This document shows, one piece after another, positions 1 through 9,714 of a DNA stretch of 64,000 nucleotides. Both the position numbers and the translations under genes were made by a program. Origin of the DNA: an uncultured Kordia sp. (lineage in GTDB: Bacteria; Bacteroidota; Bacteroidia; Flavobacteriales; Flavobacteriaceae); assembly GCA_964635575.1 (NCBI GenBank), contig CAZWNY010000003.1, positions 165-64,164 on the forward strand, written 5' to 3'. The notes beneath the pieces were generated by a model. That model had not been told where the DNA came from and made no database searches. It was given only the letters and a program-made list of their open reading frames with translations. Position 1 is the first letter of the stretch. Each line of letters begins with the position of its first letter.

Positions 1-2
1 AC

Positions 3-1475
3 ACCTATCGACATTGGCTGGAAAACATTAGAGATTGGAATGTTTCTCGTCAATTATGGTGGGGACAACAAATACCAGCATATTATTATGGCGATGCAAA
101 AGAAGATTTTGTAGTAGCAGAAACCAAACAAGAAGCACTAAAACTAGCACAAACAAAAACAGGAAACACATCTCTACTAATCTCAAACCTTCGCCAAGAC
201 AATGATGCGCTAGACACCTGGTTTTCTTCTTGGTTGTGGCCAATATCGGTTTTTGACGGTATTCGCAACCCAGATAATGAAGATTTTAAATACTATTACC
301 CAACAAACGATTTAGTAACAGGTCCAGATATTATTTTCTTTTGGGTTGCACGTATGATTTTTGCAGGCTATGAATTTAAAAACGAAAAACCTTTCGAAAA
401 TGTATATTTTACAGGAATTGTAAGAGACAAACAAGGTCGTAAAATGAGTAAATCCTTAGGAAACTCACCAGATGCCTTAAAATTAATAGAAAATTATAGT
501 GCCGATGCTGTAAGAACAGGAATGTTATTTTTAAGCTCAGGAGCAGGAAATGATTTATTGTTTGACGAATCTAAATTACAACAAGGAAAAGCGTTTAGTA
601 ATAAAATAATAAATGCATATCGATTGGTAAGCGGCTGGGAAGTTTCAGAAACTATTGAGCAACCAGAATCAAGTAAAATTGCATTAGAGTGGTTTACAGC
701 TAAGTTTCAAAACGCACTTGCAGAAATAGAAGATCATTTTAATAAATATCGTTTATCCGATGCATTAATGACCACTTATAAATTAATTTGGGACGATTTT
801 TGTTCTTGGTTATTAGAAATGGTAAAACCAGCGTATCAACAACCAATAGATAAAGTTACTTTTGATGCAATCATAACAGCATTTGAAAACAACTTAAAAG
901 TATTGCATCCGTTTATGCCTTTTTTAACAGAAGAGTTATGGCATCAAATAGCAAACAGAACAGAAAATGAAGCCTTAATAATTTCTAGAAATCCAGAATT
1001 GAAAACAGTAAATACTACTATTTTATCTGATTTTGAAATTGCTTCGGAAGTAATCTCAGGAATACGAACTATCCGAAAAAACAAAAATATTTCATTTAAA
1101 GACACCATCGAATTGTTTGTTGTAAACAATGAAAAAACAGTAACTCGTTTTGACAGTGTAATTGCTAAAATGGGAAATTTATCAAAACTAAATTATGTTA
1201 AAAACAAAGTAGAAGGCGCTTTAAGTTTTAGAGTAAAAGCCAACGAATATTTTATACCAATGGTTGGTGCTATTGACGTAGAATCTGAGATTAAAAAACT
1301 AACAGAAGAATTAAATTATACAAAAGGATTTTTAAAATCTGTACAAAAAAAATTAGCAAACGAACGTTTTGTAAACAATGCTCCAGAGCAAGTAATTACA
1401 AGCGAACGTAAAAAAGAGGCAGATGCTTTAGCAAAAATAGAAACCTTACAAGAAAGTTTAAAAGGGTTACAATAA
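3..1475 (+). CDS. valS: Valyl-tRNA synthetase, C-terminal part (5' end lies outside the window)
   Basis: The frame is open from base 3 and translates to ...RDWNVSRQLWWGQQIPAYYY... The class I KMSKS motif (GRKMSKSLGNSP) and a C-terminal coiled-coil tail are present. The M at 234 in the ORF track is internal. Confidence 0.95.
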   Translation, partial: TYRHWLENIRDWNVSRQLWWGQQIPAYYYGDAKEDFVVAETKQEALKLAQTKTGNTSLLISNLRQDNDALDTWFSSWLWPISVFDGIRNPDNEDFKYYYPTNDLVTGPDIIFFWVARMIFAGYEFKNEKPFENVYFTGIVRDKQGRKMSKSLGNSPDALKLIENYSADAVRTGMLFLSSGAGNDLLFDESKLQQGKAFSNKIINAYRLVSGWEVSETIEQPESSKIALEWFTAKFQNALAEIEDHFNKYRLSDALMTTYKLIWDDFCSWLLEMVKPAYQQPIDKVTFDAIITAFENNLKVLHPFMPFLTEELWHQIANRTENEALIISRNPELKTVNTTILSDFEIASEVISGIRTIRKNKNISFKDTIELFVVNNEKTVTRFDSVIAKMGNLSKLNYVKNKVEGALSFRVKANEYFIPMVGAIDVESEIKKLTEELNYTKGFLKSVQKKLANERFVNNAPEQVITSERKKEADALAKIETLQESLKGLQ

Positions 1476-1527
1476 TAAAACTAATGTCATGTGCATTGTT
1501 GTGTTTAACCTATCCTTTAATTCTAAC

Positions 1528-1569
1528 AATTTGTGGATTACTGTTTTAAAAAACATGTAATCCACAAAT
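1528..1569 (+). terminator. Possible hairpin terminator downstream of valS
   Basis: 13-bp inverted repeat atttgtggattac / gtaatccacaaat with a 15-nt loop, about 55 nt after the valS stop. There is no strong T-run, so the call is weak. Confidence 0.3.
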
Positions 1570-1849
1570 CATTGTTAAAACATAGCAACAATAACAATTC
1601 ATATATACAATTTTCGAACATTATACGTTTATTATTTAGATCTATAATCATAAATATATGCGTTAAAAACAAACGACTTATTAGCTAATTGCAATCAAAT
1701 TTTTCGCCTTATTTCTTGTTACGAATCGATTTTTTATCTTTTTGACTATAAACCACTTATTCTTTTTTTGTGGCAAAAAAATTAATCAAAAACATACATT
1801 TTCTTAGAAAAATACATTTAAGGTTAAAACGTAAAACCAATACTTTATC

Positions 1850-1857
1850 TATATTTG
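1850..1857 (+). promoter_or_regulatory. Bacteroidota-type -7 promoter box (TAnnTTTG) upstream of the DUF493 gene
   Basis: Exact TATATTTG 21 nt upstream of the ATG at 1879. No clear -33 TTG was found. Confidence 0.35.
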
Positions 1858-1878
1858 TAAAAAAACAGATAATAAGTA

Positions 1879-2169
1879 ATGAATACAATCCAAAAAACAG
1901 AAGATTTTTACAAAAAACTAACAATACAGTTAAAAGAAACCACTACTTTTCCACATATTTATTTATATAAATTTATAGTACCATCAAAAGAAGAAAATGA
2001 AAAAACAGTACTTGAAAAGTTTGCCAATACAGGAGCAATTATAGATACTAAAAAATCAAAAACAGGAAAATACACAAGCATATCTATTCATGTAGAAATG
2101 AAAAATGCAGAAGCAATTATTCAAAAATATAAAGACGTAAGTAACGTAAAAGGCATTATTTCTTTATAA
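1879..2169 (+). CDS. DUF493 (YbeD-like) family small protein
   Basis: 96-aa ORF with an FP..Y.YKFIVP...V pattern typical of DUF493/YbeD proteins. Assigned by eye. Confidence 0.55.
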   Translation: MNTIQKTEDFYKKLTIQLKETTTFPHIYLYKFIVPSKEENEKTVLEKFANTGAIIDTKKSKTGKYTSISIHVEMKNAEAIIQKYKDVSNVKGIISL

Positions 2170-2266
2170 AAATCTCGGTCTTTTAATTAAAATGATTACT
2201 TTGCAAAAGTAATTGACTTCCTATATTAAAAATAACACATTCTCACACTAAAAAATCATATATATT

Positions 2267-2923
2267 TTGATTGAACACATTGAATACAATACAGAGCGCG
2301 AAAAATTAATAATTCCAGAATACGGTAGGCATTTACAAAAAATGGTAAATCATGCAATGGAAATTAAAGACGATGCCGAACGAGCAAAAATAGTAAAATC
2401 AATTATAGATGTGATGGGCAACTTGCAACCTCATTTACGTGACGTACAAGACTTTAAACACAAGCTTTGGGATCAACTTTTTATTATGTCTGACTTTAAA
2501 CTAGAAGCAGATTCGCCATACCCGAAACCTTCAAAAGAAGAACTACAAGAAAAACCAGAACCATTAGCCTATCCACAAAACTTTCCTAAATATCGTTTTT
2601 ATGGTAATAATATTAAGCGAATGATAGACGTAGCTTTATCTTGGGAAGAAGGAAATTTAAGAGAAGCATTAATAATAACCATTGCAAATCACATGAAAAA
2701 ATGCTTCTTAGGTTGGAATAAAGATACCGTAGATGATGATGTGATTTTCAAACATTTACTAGAGTTATCTGAGGGCAAAATTAATTTAAATGATAAAGAT
2801 ATTACATTATCATCTAGTTTTCAAAACAAAGGAAACAAACGTCAAGATCATCCGAAAGCGAAAAATAACACAAAACGATACACCAACCGAAACAATAAAA
2901 ACCAACCACGTAAAAGGAATTAA
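2267..2923 (+). CDS. DUF4290 domain-containing protein
   Basis: N-terminal EYNTEREKLIIPEYGRHLQKMV is typical of DUF4290. The gene sits immediately upstream of murA, as is usual in Bacteroidota. The tail is basic. The start codon appears to be TTG. Confidence 0.65.
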   Translation: MIEHIEYNTEREKLIIPEYGRHLQKMVNHAMEIKDDAERAKIVKSIIDVMGNLQPHLRDVQDFKHKLWDQLFIMSDFKLEADSPYPKPSKEELQEKPEPLAYPQNFPKYRFYGNNIKRMIDVALSWEEGNLREALIITIANHMKKCFLGWNKDTVDDDVIFKHLLELSEGKINLNDKDITLSSSFQNKGNKRQDHPKAKNNTKRYTNRNNKNQPRKRN

Positions 2924-2926
2924 AAA

Positions 2927-4237
2927 ATGGGTACATTTCAAATAGAAGGCGGGCATCAATTAAAAGGCGAAATACAACCACAAGGAGCAAAAAATGAAGC
3001 ATTACAAATACTGTGCGCTGTATTATTAACATCCGAAAAAGTAACCATACATAACATACCAGATATTATTGATATTAACAAACTAATATCATTACTAGGC
3101 AATTTAGGTGTTAAAATTCAAAAATTAGCACACGGATCCTATTCATTTCAGTCAGACGATTTGAATTTAAACTACTTAGAATCTCCTGAATTTAAAAAAG
3201 AAGGAAGCTCATTAAGAGGTTCTATTATGATTGTAGGACCAATGTTGGCACGTTTTGGAAAAGGATATATTCCGAAACCAGGAGGCGACAAAATAGGAAG
3301 AAGACGCTTAGATACTCATTTTGAGGGGTTTATGAAATTAGGCGCAAAATTTCGTTACAACAAAGAAGATTATTTTTACGGAGTAGAAGCAGATGAACTA
3401 AAAGGAACCTATATGCTTTTAGACGAAGCATCGGTAACAGGAACAGCAAACATAGTAATGGCCGCAGTTTTAGCAACAGGAAAAACCACCATTTACAATG
3501 CCGCGTGCGAACCTTATTTACAGCAATTATGTAAAATGCTAAATAGCATGGGAGCAAAAATTACAGGAATAGGATCTAATATGCTAACCATTGAAGGCGT
3601 TAAAGAACTGAAAGGCTGCACACATCGTGTATTGCCCGATATGATTGAAATAGGAAGTTGGATTGGCTTAGCGGCAATGACAAAAAGTGAGCTAACAATT
3701 AAAAACGTAAGTTGGGATAACTTAGGACAAATACCAGCAGTATTTAGAAAACTCGGAATTACTTTAGAACGTAAAGGCGATGATATTTATATTCCTGCAC
3801 ATAAAGATGGTTATGAAATCCAAAACTATATTGACGGATCAATTTTAACTATTTCCGATGCACCTTGGCCAGGATTTACACCCGATTTATTAAGCATTGT
3901 ACTTGTTGTAGCAACTCAAGCAAAAGGCGAAGTATTAGTGCATCAAAAAATGTTCGAAAGCCGCTTGTTTTTTGTAGACAAATTGATTGACATGGGCGCA
4001 AAGGTGATTCTATGTGATCCACACAGAGCAACAATTATGGGACACGATTTTAAAAGCCAATTAAAAGCAACTACAATGGTGTCACCAGATATTAGAGCAG
4101 GAATTTCCTTATTAATAGCCGCATTATCAGCAAAAGGAACCAGTATAATACATAATATAGAACAAATAGACAGAGGCTATGAACGGATAGACGACCGTTT
4201 GCGAGCAATTGGAGCAAAAATTGTTAGAACCGCATAA
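2927..4237 (+). CDS. murA: UDP-N-acetylglucosamine 1-carboxyvinyltransferase
   Basis: 436 aa with QPQGAKNEALQILCAVLL at the N-terminus and the KPGGDKIGRRRLDTH loop. Full-length EPSP-synthase/MurA fold pattern. Confidence 0.95.
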   Translation: MGTFQIEGGHQLKGEIQPQGAKNEALQILCAVLLTSEKVTIHNIPDIIDINKLISLLGNLGVKIQKLAHGSYSFQSDDLNLNYLESPEFKKEGSSLRGSIMIVGPMLARFGKGYIPKPGGDKIGRRRLDTHFEGFMKLGAKFRYNKEDYFYGVEADELKGTYMLLDEASVTGTANIVMAAVLATGKTTIYNAACEPYLQQLCKMLNSMGAKITGIGSNMLTIEGVKELKGCTHRVLPDMIEIGSWIGLAAMTKSELTIKNVSWDNLGQIPAVFRKLGITLERKGDDIYIPAHKDGYEIQNYIDGSILTISDAPWPGFTPDLLSIVLVVATQAKGEVLVHQKMFESRLFFVDKLIDMGAKVILCDPHRATIMGHDFKSQLKATTMVSPDIRAGISLLIAALSAKGTSIIHNIEQIDRGYERIDDRLRAIGAKIVRTA

Positions 4238-4268
4238 AAAAAGTGCTTTAACAACAAAATAAACAATT

Positions 4269-5474
4269 ATGAAATTTGCCATTATAAAAGAACGTAAAAA
4301 TCCACCAGATAAACGTGTGGTGTTTACTCCAGAAATGTGTGTAGAAATGCAAAAGCAATTCCCAAATGCAAAAATAGCTGTAGAGCAATCTGATGTTCGG
4401 TTTTTTAATGACAAACAATATGAAAAATCAGGATTTAAACCTGTTTTAAATATTTCAGATTGTGATGTAATGATAGGCGTAAAAGAAGTGCCAATTGACG
4501 CGTTAATTCCAAATAAAAAATATTTTTTCTTCTCACATACTATAAAAAAACAACCCTATAATCGAAAATTATTACAAGCAATATTAGCAAAAAATATTGA
4601 AATGTTTGATCATGAGGTAATAATTAAAGCAAACGGAAGTCGTTTAGTTGGCTTCGGACGTTATGCAGGTATTGTTGGTACATACAACGGATTTATAGCA
4701 TATGGTAAAAAATACAATACTTGGAGTTTGCCAAAATCAGAAAATTTACTAGATTTAGCAGCCATAAAAGTTGAATTAAATAAAATAACACTCCCAAACC
4801 TTAAAATTTGTTTAACAGGTAACGGTAAAGTAGCAAAAGGAGCACAAGAAATTTTAGATCATTTACAAATAAAAGAAATATCAGTAAATGAATTTTTAAC
4901 AAAAAAATTTAACGAACCTGTTTTTTGCAGGCTAGACGTTTTAGATTATAACAAACGTAAAGACGGTAAAGTAATAGATAAATACGATTTTTATAACAAC
5001 CCAATGCAATATAAAAGTGATTTTATGCGCTTTGCAAAAGTAACCGACTATTTTATTACAGGTCATTTTTATGGAGACAACTCACCTTATTTATTTACTA
5101 GAAAAGATGCAAAACATCCTGATTTTAATATTAAACTAATAGCCGATGTAAGCTGTGACATTAACGGACCAATAGCAAGTACAATACGTTCTTCAACTAT
5201 TGCAGACCCTATTTACGGATACAATCCACAAACTGAAAAGGAAGTAGATTTTAAAAACGATAACGCTATTGTGGTAATGGCAGTAGATAATTTACCTTGC
5301 GAATTACCAAAAAACGCTAGTGAAGGTTTTGGAAAGCTATTTTTAAAACACGTTATCCCTGCATTTTTTAATAATGATGAAAACGGAGTTTTAGAACGTG
5401 CATGTATGACTAAAAACGGTAAATTAACCAAACGCTATGCCTATTTACAAAATTTTGTAGATGGGAAAGAGTAA
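4269..5474 (+). CDS. Saccharopine dehydrogenase/LOR-SDH-like NAD(P)-dependent oxidoreductase (AlaDH/PNT fold)
   Basis: 401 aa. The N-terminal IIKERKNPPDKRV...GVKEVP...FFSHTIKKQPYN resembles the lysine-ketoglutarate reductase / AlaDH-PNT N-domain. The exact substrate is unknown. Confidence 0.5.
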   Translation: MKFAIIKERKNPPDKRVVFTPEMCVEMQKQFPNAKIAVEQSDVRFFNDKQYEKSGFKPVLNISDCDVMIGVKEVPIDALIPNKKYFFFSHTIKKQPYNRKLLQAILAKNIEMFDHEVIIKANGSRLVGFGRYAGIVGTYNGFIAYGKKYNTWSLPKSENLLDLAAIKVELNKITLPNLKICLTGNGKVAKGAQEILDHLQIKEISVNEFLTKKFNEPVFCRLDVLDYNKRKDGKVIDKYDFYNNPMQYKSDFMRFAKVTDYFITGHFYGDNSPYLFTRKDAKHPDFNIKLIADVSCDINGPIASTIRSSTIADPIYGYNPQTEKEVDFKNDNAIVVMAVDNLPCELPKNASEGFGKLFLKHVIPAFFNNDENGVLERACMTKNGKLTKRYAYLQNFVDGKE

Positions 5475-5520
5475 AAGATTGCTGAATGATATCAGATAAT
5501 TTTCAAAGATTACGAAAAAA

Positions 5521-5550
5521 TGACTATCCAACCGATAGTCATTTTTTTTT
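5521..5550 (+). terminator. Rho-independent terminator after the oxidoreductase gene
   Basis: tgactatc-caacc-gatagtca hairpin followed by T9. Confidence 0.7.
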
Positions 5551-5693
5551 GATTGTTAAGGATAAAATGTAAATTTTAGAGTATCGCAATGAATTTGATA
5601 ATTGTAACACAAAAGTCAATGACCTCCGACCCTACGCAATTACATAAACAACTACCTGTCAAGCAACAAACTGTTTTTCTGAGTTTTTATCCT

Positions 5694-5728
5694 AAAAAAA
5701 AACCTCAAGTTAACACTTGAGGTTTTTT
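5694..5728 (-). terminator. Rho-independent (bidirectional) terminator downstream of hup
   Basis: 8-bp GC-containing stem cctcaagt/acttgagg with a 4-nt loop. It is flanked by an A-run on one side and a T-run on the other, about 22 nt past the hup stop. Confidence 0.75.
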
Positions 5729-5749
5729 ATATGTTAAACTAATTAGTTA

Positions 5750-6022
5750 TTAGTTTACAGCTTTTCCTAAATCAGAACCAGCTTTAAATTTCACTACATT
5801 TTTAGCAGCAATTTTGATAGTTTTACCAGTTTGTGGGTTTCTACCATCTCTTGCAGCTCTATGGTTTACAGTCCAAGAACCGAATCCTACTAAAGACACT
5901 CTGTTACCTGATTTTAAAGATCCTTCAACATTTCCTAAAAAAGACTCTAAACATTTTTTTGCAGATGCTTTAGATACTCCTGAGTCAGATGCCATAGCAT
6001 CAATTAATTGTGTTTTGTTCAT
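5750..6022 (-). CDS. hup: HU family DNA-binding protein
   Basis: 90 aa: MNKTQLIDAMA...GFGSW.V..RAAR.GRNPQTG..I.I.A..V.KFK.G, the canonical HU/IHF signature. Confidence 0.9.
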   Translation of the reverse strand: MNKTQLIDAMASDSGVSKASAKKCLESFLGNVEGSLKSGNRVSLVGFGSWTVNHRAARDGRNPQTGKTIKIAAKNVVKFKAGSDLGKAVN

Positions 6023-6086
6023 AATAAAAAGATTTTAAGTTAAATAAATTAATATTTGCAATTTAAGATAATCCTTAACCGCTATA

Positions 6087-6116
6087 CAAACTTACACAAA
6101 ATATCTTCTAACGCAA
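6087..6116 (-). promoter_or_regulatory. Candidate Bacteroidota sigma-A promoter of hup
   Basis: On the minus strand, TAAGTTTG (-7 box, 6094->6087) has a TTG (-33) 19 nt upstream (6116->6114). The leader to the ATG at 6022 is about 65 nt. Confidence 0.4.
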
Positions 6117-6219
6117 GTAAACACAGGGAAAAATCATTATTTTGTTAATAAAGCTAATCAAATGTTAATAAATTGAGCTAAAAAAGTGTTTTTTTTGCAC
6201 CTCAATGTTATTAGGGGGT

Positions 6220-7167
6220 TTACAGAGTTATTGCATTTTTTTGAAATGTAAAGCCATTTAATAAGGATTCTACATCCATTTTCTTTTTACCAGGAAGCTG
6301 AATGATAAGGAGTTTTATATAGCCTTTTTTTACTGCAATTTTAATTGTATTTTTATCACTAAGCACAGTTCCTATCTCTAATACATGTTTTTCTATTATT
6401 TTTTTAGCATCATAAATTTTTATTGCAAGTATCTCTTCTCCATTTTGTAAATCGAACCAAGCGGTTGGATACGGACTTAAACCACGTATCTTATTGTAAA
6501 TATCATTTATGTTATTGCTCCAATCTATTTTACAGGTATGCTTGTGTAGTTTGTATGCTGTTTTTATGTTTTCGATTTTGGGTTGCATATAGGTTTCTAT
6601 TTTGTCTTCTGCAATAGCATTTACTGTTTTTAAAACTAAATCACTTCCTTTACACATTAACTTATCATGTAAACTTCCTGCATTTTCAGATACTTCTATA
6701 TGCATGTTTTCTTGCATTATAATTTCTCCTGTATCTATTTTTTCATCAATAAAAAAAGTAGTAATTCCTGTTTTGGTTTCTCCATTGATAATGGCCCAAT
6801 TTATTGGTGCTGCACCTCGATAATTAGGTAGTAAAGATGCATGTAGATTAAAAGTTCCGTATTCTGGCATATTCCAAACTACTTTTGGTAACATTCTAAA
6901 GGCAACTATAATTTGCAAGTTGGCATTTAGGGCTTTTAGTTCTGCTAAAAAATCTTTATTTTTTAAGTTTATAGGTTGTAAAATGATTAGATTTTGGCTA
7001 AGCGCATATTTTTTTACTGCGGATTGGTTTAATTTTTGCCCTCTACCTGATTTTCGGTCTGGAGCGGTAATTACGCCTACAATGTTATATTGGTTTTGTA
7101 CTAATTTTTTTAGGCTGTCAACAGCAAAGTCTGGTGTACCCAAAAACACAATGTTTAATTTTTTCAT
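6220..7167 (-). CDS. fmt: Methionyl-tRNA formyltransferase
   Basis: 315 aa with the IVFLGTPDFAV N-terminus, the NLHASLLPNYRGAAPINWAIING formyltransferase core, and a C-terminal tRNA-binding domain. Confidence 0.95.
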   Translation of the reverse strand: MKKLNIVFLGTPDFAVDSLKKLVQNQYNIVGVITAPDRKSGRGQKLNQSAVKKYALSQNLIILQPINLKNKDFLAELKALNANLQIIVAFRMLPKVVWNMPEYGTFNLHASLLPNYRGAAPINWAIINGETKTGITTFFIDEKIDTGEIIMQENMHIEVSENAGSLHDKLMCKGSDLVLKTVNAIAEDKIETYMQPKIENIKTAYKLHKHTCKIDWSNNINDIYNKIRGLSPYPTAWFDLQNGEEILAIKIYDAKKIIEKHVLEIGTVLSDKNTIKIAVKKGYIKLLIIQLPGKKKMDVESLLNGFTFQKNAITL

Positions 7168-7230
7168 GAAACGTTTTTATTGATTAGTAAAGGTGGTTTT
7201 AATAGTTGTAATTTATTTTAAACCTGAAAT

Positions 7231-7268
7231 AAAAAACCTCATTCTAGTTATATACAGAATGAGGTTTT
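7231..7268 (-). terminator. Rho-independent terminator after the YceI-like gene
   Basis: 9-bp stem cctcattct/agaatgagg with a 10-nt loop. A6 on the plus strand gives a T-run on the minus-strand transcript. Confidence 0.7.
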
Positions 7269-7293
7269 AAGATTTTTTTTTACAGACTATAAA

Positions 7294-7944
7294 CTAGTTG
7301 CTTCTTATAGCAATATTAGCTTGTATTGTTACATCTTTTCCTGTTTCACTAACACCATCTGCTCCGGTATGCAATTGTTCACAGGATTTATGTAAAGATG
7401 TAAATGCTTCTTCTATTTTCCAATCCATTAGATTGGTAATTTTCCCGTTTAATGTAATTACATTGTTTGTTATGGTATACTTCATTGGCACAGCAACTGT
7501 ATTGTTGTTCATTTTTAAATTCAAATTGAGCTTACCTTTGGTGTCATCTCCTTTAATATCACTAAAATGTCCTGATAAGGCTGTAGTTTTTTTCATAATA
7601 CCGAAAAATAATGTTTTTATTTTAGTATCTCTACTTTCATTTTTAGAGAAAAAACTAGATACAGGAATGTTAAACTGCAAGTTATCTAAAGTACCTTGTG
7701 GAGTATCGCTTTTTATAATTTTCTTAATGTTAATTTCTGTAAATGTACCGTTTACTTCTATTTTTTTTGTGGTTTTGTAGGCAGTCCAACTAACGGTGCT
7801 TTTAGCTGTATTTACACTAAATTTAGGTGTAGTTATGATGGTTTCTACTGTGGTTTTTTCGGATACAGTTTCTTTTTTCTCGTTTTTTTTGCAAGACAAT
7901 AATGTCAATCCGCTTAATGTTAATAATAAAATTGTTTTTTTCAT
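7294..7944 (-). CDS. YceI-like family lipoprotein
   Basis: 216 aa with the signal peptide/lipobox LTLLSCKK. The ST.SWTAYKT...V.GTF pattern is typical of the YceI lipid/polyisoprenoid-binding domain. Confidence 0.7.
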   Translation of the reverse strand: MKKTILLLTLSGLTLLSCKKNEKKETVSEKTTVETIITTPKFSVNTAKSTVSWTAYKTTKKIEVNGTFTEINIKKIIKSDTPQGTLDNLQFNIPVSSFFSKNESRDTKIKTLFFGIMKKTTALSGHFSDIKGDDTKGKLNLNLKMNNNTVAVPMKYTITNNVITLNGKITNLMDWKIEEAFTSLHKSCEQLHTGADGVSETGKDVTIQANIAIRSN

Positions 7945-7960
7945 GATATTTTTTTAGGAG

Positions 7961-8257
7961 TTATATAAAATCAATAGCTACATTGTACTTTGTAATGGTT
8001 TCATTTACTAAATTAATGTAGGCTAGTTTTGCTTCGTCTATGGTTAAGTTATTTACTTGTAAAATCGCATTCATTTTAAACGCACTTCTAATCATGTCAG
8101 GGTCGCTGGTACGATAAAAATTAGTGTTTGCTGATGCTTGTTTATAAAACGCATAAAATTGCAACCTTAAATCAATAGGTATTTCAATATCATCCATTTT
8201 GTTGGCCGCATCAAATGCTTTTAAAAACCTTGTATGTAATTTACTCATGTGTTGCAA
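7961..8257 (-). CDS. Acyl-CoA-binding protein (ACBP)-like
   Basis: 98 aa. L.FYAFYKQA and a C-terminal A...Y..LV resemble the ACBP signature (LL.LYALYKQAT ... AY..LV). An alternative start lies at 8248. It overlaps the psd stop. Confidence 0.5.
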   Translation of the reverse strand: MQHMSKLHTRFLKAFDAANKMDDIEIPIDLRLQFYAFYKQASANTNFYRTSDPDMIRSAFKMNAILQVNNLTIDEAKLAYINLVNETITKYNVAIDFI

Positions 8258-8894
8258 TAACGGTTTCGTTTCCTTTTACTACTTGATTTAAAGTTACTTT
8301 TAATTTTGTATCTAAAGGTAAAAATAAATCTATTCTTGATCCAAATTTTATAAATCCCGCATCATCACCCTGTACAACTTGTGTGCCTTTTTTTGCGTAA
8401 TTTACAATTCTACGAGCCAATGCGCCTGCTATTTGGCGATATAAAATTTCACCAAAATTTTGATTTTCAATGACAATGGTTGTTCTTTCGTTTTCTTCGG
8501 ATGCCTTTGGGTGCCATGCAACTAAAAATTTGCCTGGGTGATATTTGCTAAATTTCACCAAACCGCTCATGCAATAACGTGTAACGTGTACGTTTAGTGG
8601 CGACATAAATATAGATACTTGTAAACGTTTTTCATTAAAATATTCTTTTTCAAACACTTCTTCAATAACTACTACTTTTCCATCTGCAGGAGCAACGAGG
8701 CTATTAGTGTCTAAAATCATTTTTCGTTTAGGATTTCTAAAAAATTGTAAAATAATAACTAGTACAAATAAAGCTACCGCATAAACTATATATTGAATAA
8801 TTTGATTTTGGGTTAAGTATTCGACCCCTAAGAATAAGAAAGTTACTACAAATAATGTAATTAATATAGACGTTTGTCCTTCTTTATGAAACAT
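8241..8894 (-). CDS. psd: Phosphatidylserine decarboxylase proenzyme (short Bacteroidota type)
   Basis: 217 aa with an N-terminal TM segment, the APADGKV motif and the C-terminal FGSRIDLFLP self-cleavage region (G-S). Confidence 0.9.
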   Translation of the reverse strand: MFHKEGQTSILITLFVVTFLFLGVEYLTQNQIIQYIVYAVALFVLVIILQFFRNPKRKMILDTNSLVAPADGKVVVIEEVFEKEYFNEKRLQVSIFMSPLNVHVTRYCMSGLVKFSKYHPGKFLVAWHPKASEENERTTIVIENQNFGEILYRQIAGALARRIVNYAKKGTQVVQGDDAGFIKFGSRIDLFLPLDTKLKVTLNQVVKGNETVIATHE

Positions 8895-9708
8895 AATTTA
8901 GTATTTTAAGGTATAAATATGCAAATGAAGAAACAAATATAAGACTATCTAAGCGATCTAAAAAACCTCCATGACCTGGAATTAATTTACTGCTGTCTTT
9001 TATTTGCGCTTCTCTTTTAAATTTTGAGGCTATCAAGTCGCCAATAGCACCACTAAAAGCGATGATAACGCTAAGAACTAACCAATGTATGCTTGTCAAA
9101 CTATTTGTGGTATTGGCTATAGTTACCCCAGCAATTACTCCGAAAAATAAACCTCCTAAAAACCCTTCAATTGTTTTTTTAGGGGATATTTTTTCAAATA
9201 ATTTATTTTTTCCAAACTTACGACCTACTAAATACGCAAACGTATCATTACTCCAAATGATTACTAAAATTCCAAAAATAATACTAGGGTTATAAGTATC
9301 ATTTATAATAGATGGTATTAATGTAAGTAGTGCAAAGGGCAAAATAATGTATGTGATTGGTAATTGTGGTTTGAGTATTGAGCTTGTATTTGTTTTTTTT
9401 AAACGAAAAAGTTTATAGGTTAAAAACAAATGAGAAAATAAGGTAATAATTGCAAGTATAATAAAAAAATCGTTTTTAAATCTATCATTATTCGTAGTAA
9501 AACTATAATAGGTTAAAGCTGCGATAGCTAATAAACTAATATACGGATGAATGTTTTTTAAATTAATTAGACGATTAAATTCCCAACAAGAAATGAGTGC
9601 GAAAACGAAAAAAAGTAGCGCAAAAATAGTTTGCGAAGTGTATATTGCAGTGATTAGTACTGCAATATACACAAATCCCGAAATTGCACGTGTTAATGTT
9701 TCACTCAT
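8884..9708 (-). CDS. cdsA: Phosphatidate cytidylyltransferase (CDP-diglyceride synthase)
   Basis: 274-aa polytopic membrane protein. The C-terminal KR...IKDSSKLIPGHGGFLDRLDS matches the CTP_transf_1 signature. Confidence 0.9.
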   Translation of the reverse strand: MSETLTRAISGFVYIAVLITAIYTSQTIFALLFFVFALISCWEFNRLINLKNIHPYISLLAIAALTYYSFTTNNDRFKNDFFIILAIITLFSHLFLTYKLFRLKKTNTSSILKPQLPITYIILPFALLTLIPSIINDTYNPSIIFGILVIIWSNDTFAYLVGRKFGKNKLFEKISPKKTIEGFLGGLFFGVIAGVTIANTTNSLTSIHWLVLSVIIAFSGAIGDLIASKFKREAQIKDSSKLIPGHGGFLDRLDSLIFVSSFAYLYLKILNYVS

Positions 9709-9714
9709 GTTTTT

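Noticed and set aside
1770-1970. 66-aa plus-strand ORF overlapping the start of the DUF493 gene
   Set aside because: It is a highly basic low-complexity translation of AT-rich intergenic DNA. It overlaps the better-supported 1879-2169 ORF and its TATATTTG promoter box.
7298-7780. 160-aa plus-strand ORF
   Set aside because: It is antisense to the well-supported YceI-like lipoprotein gene. The protein is hydrophobic, low-complexity and Phe/Leu/Ser/Val-rich, as expected from reading a Lys/Asn/Thr-rich gene backwards.
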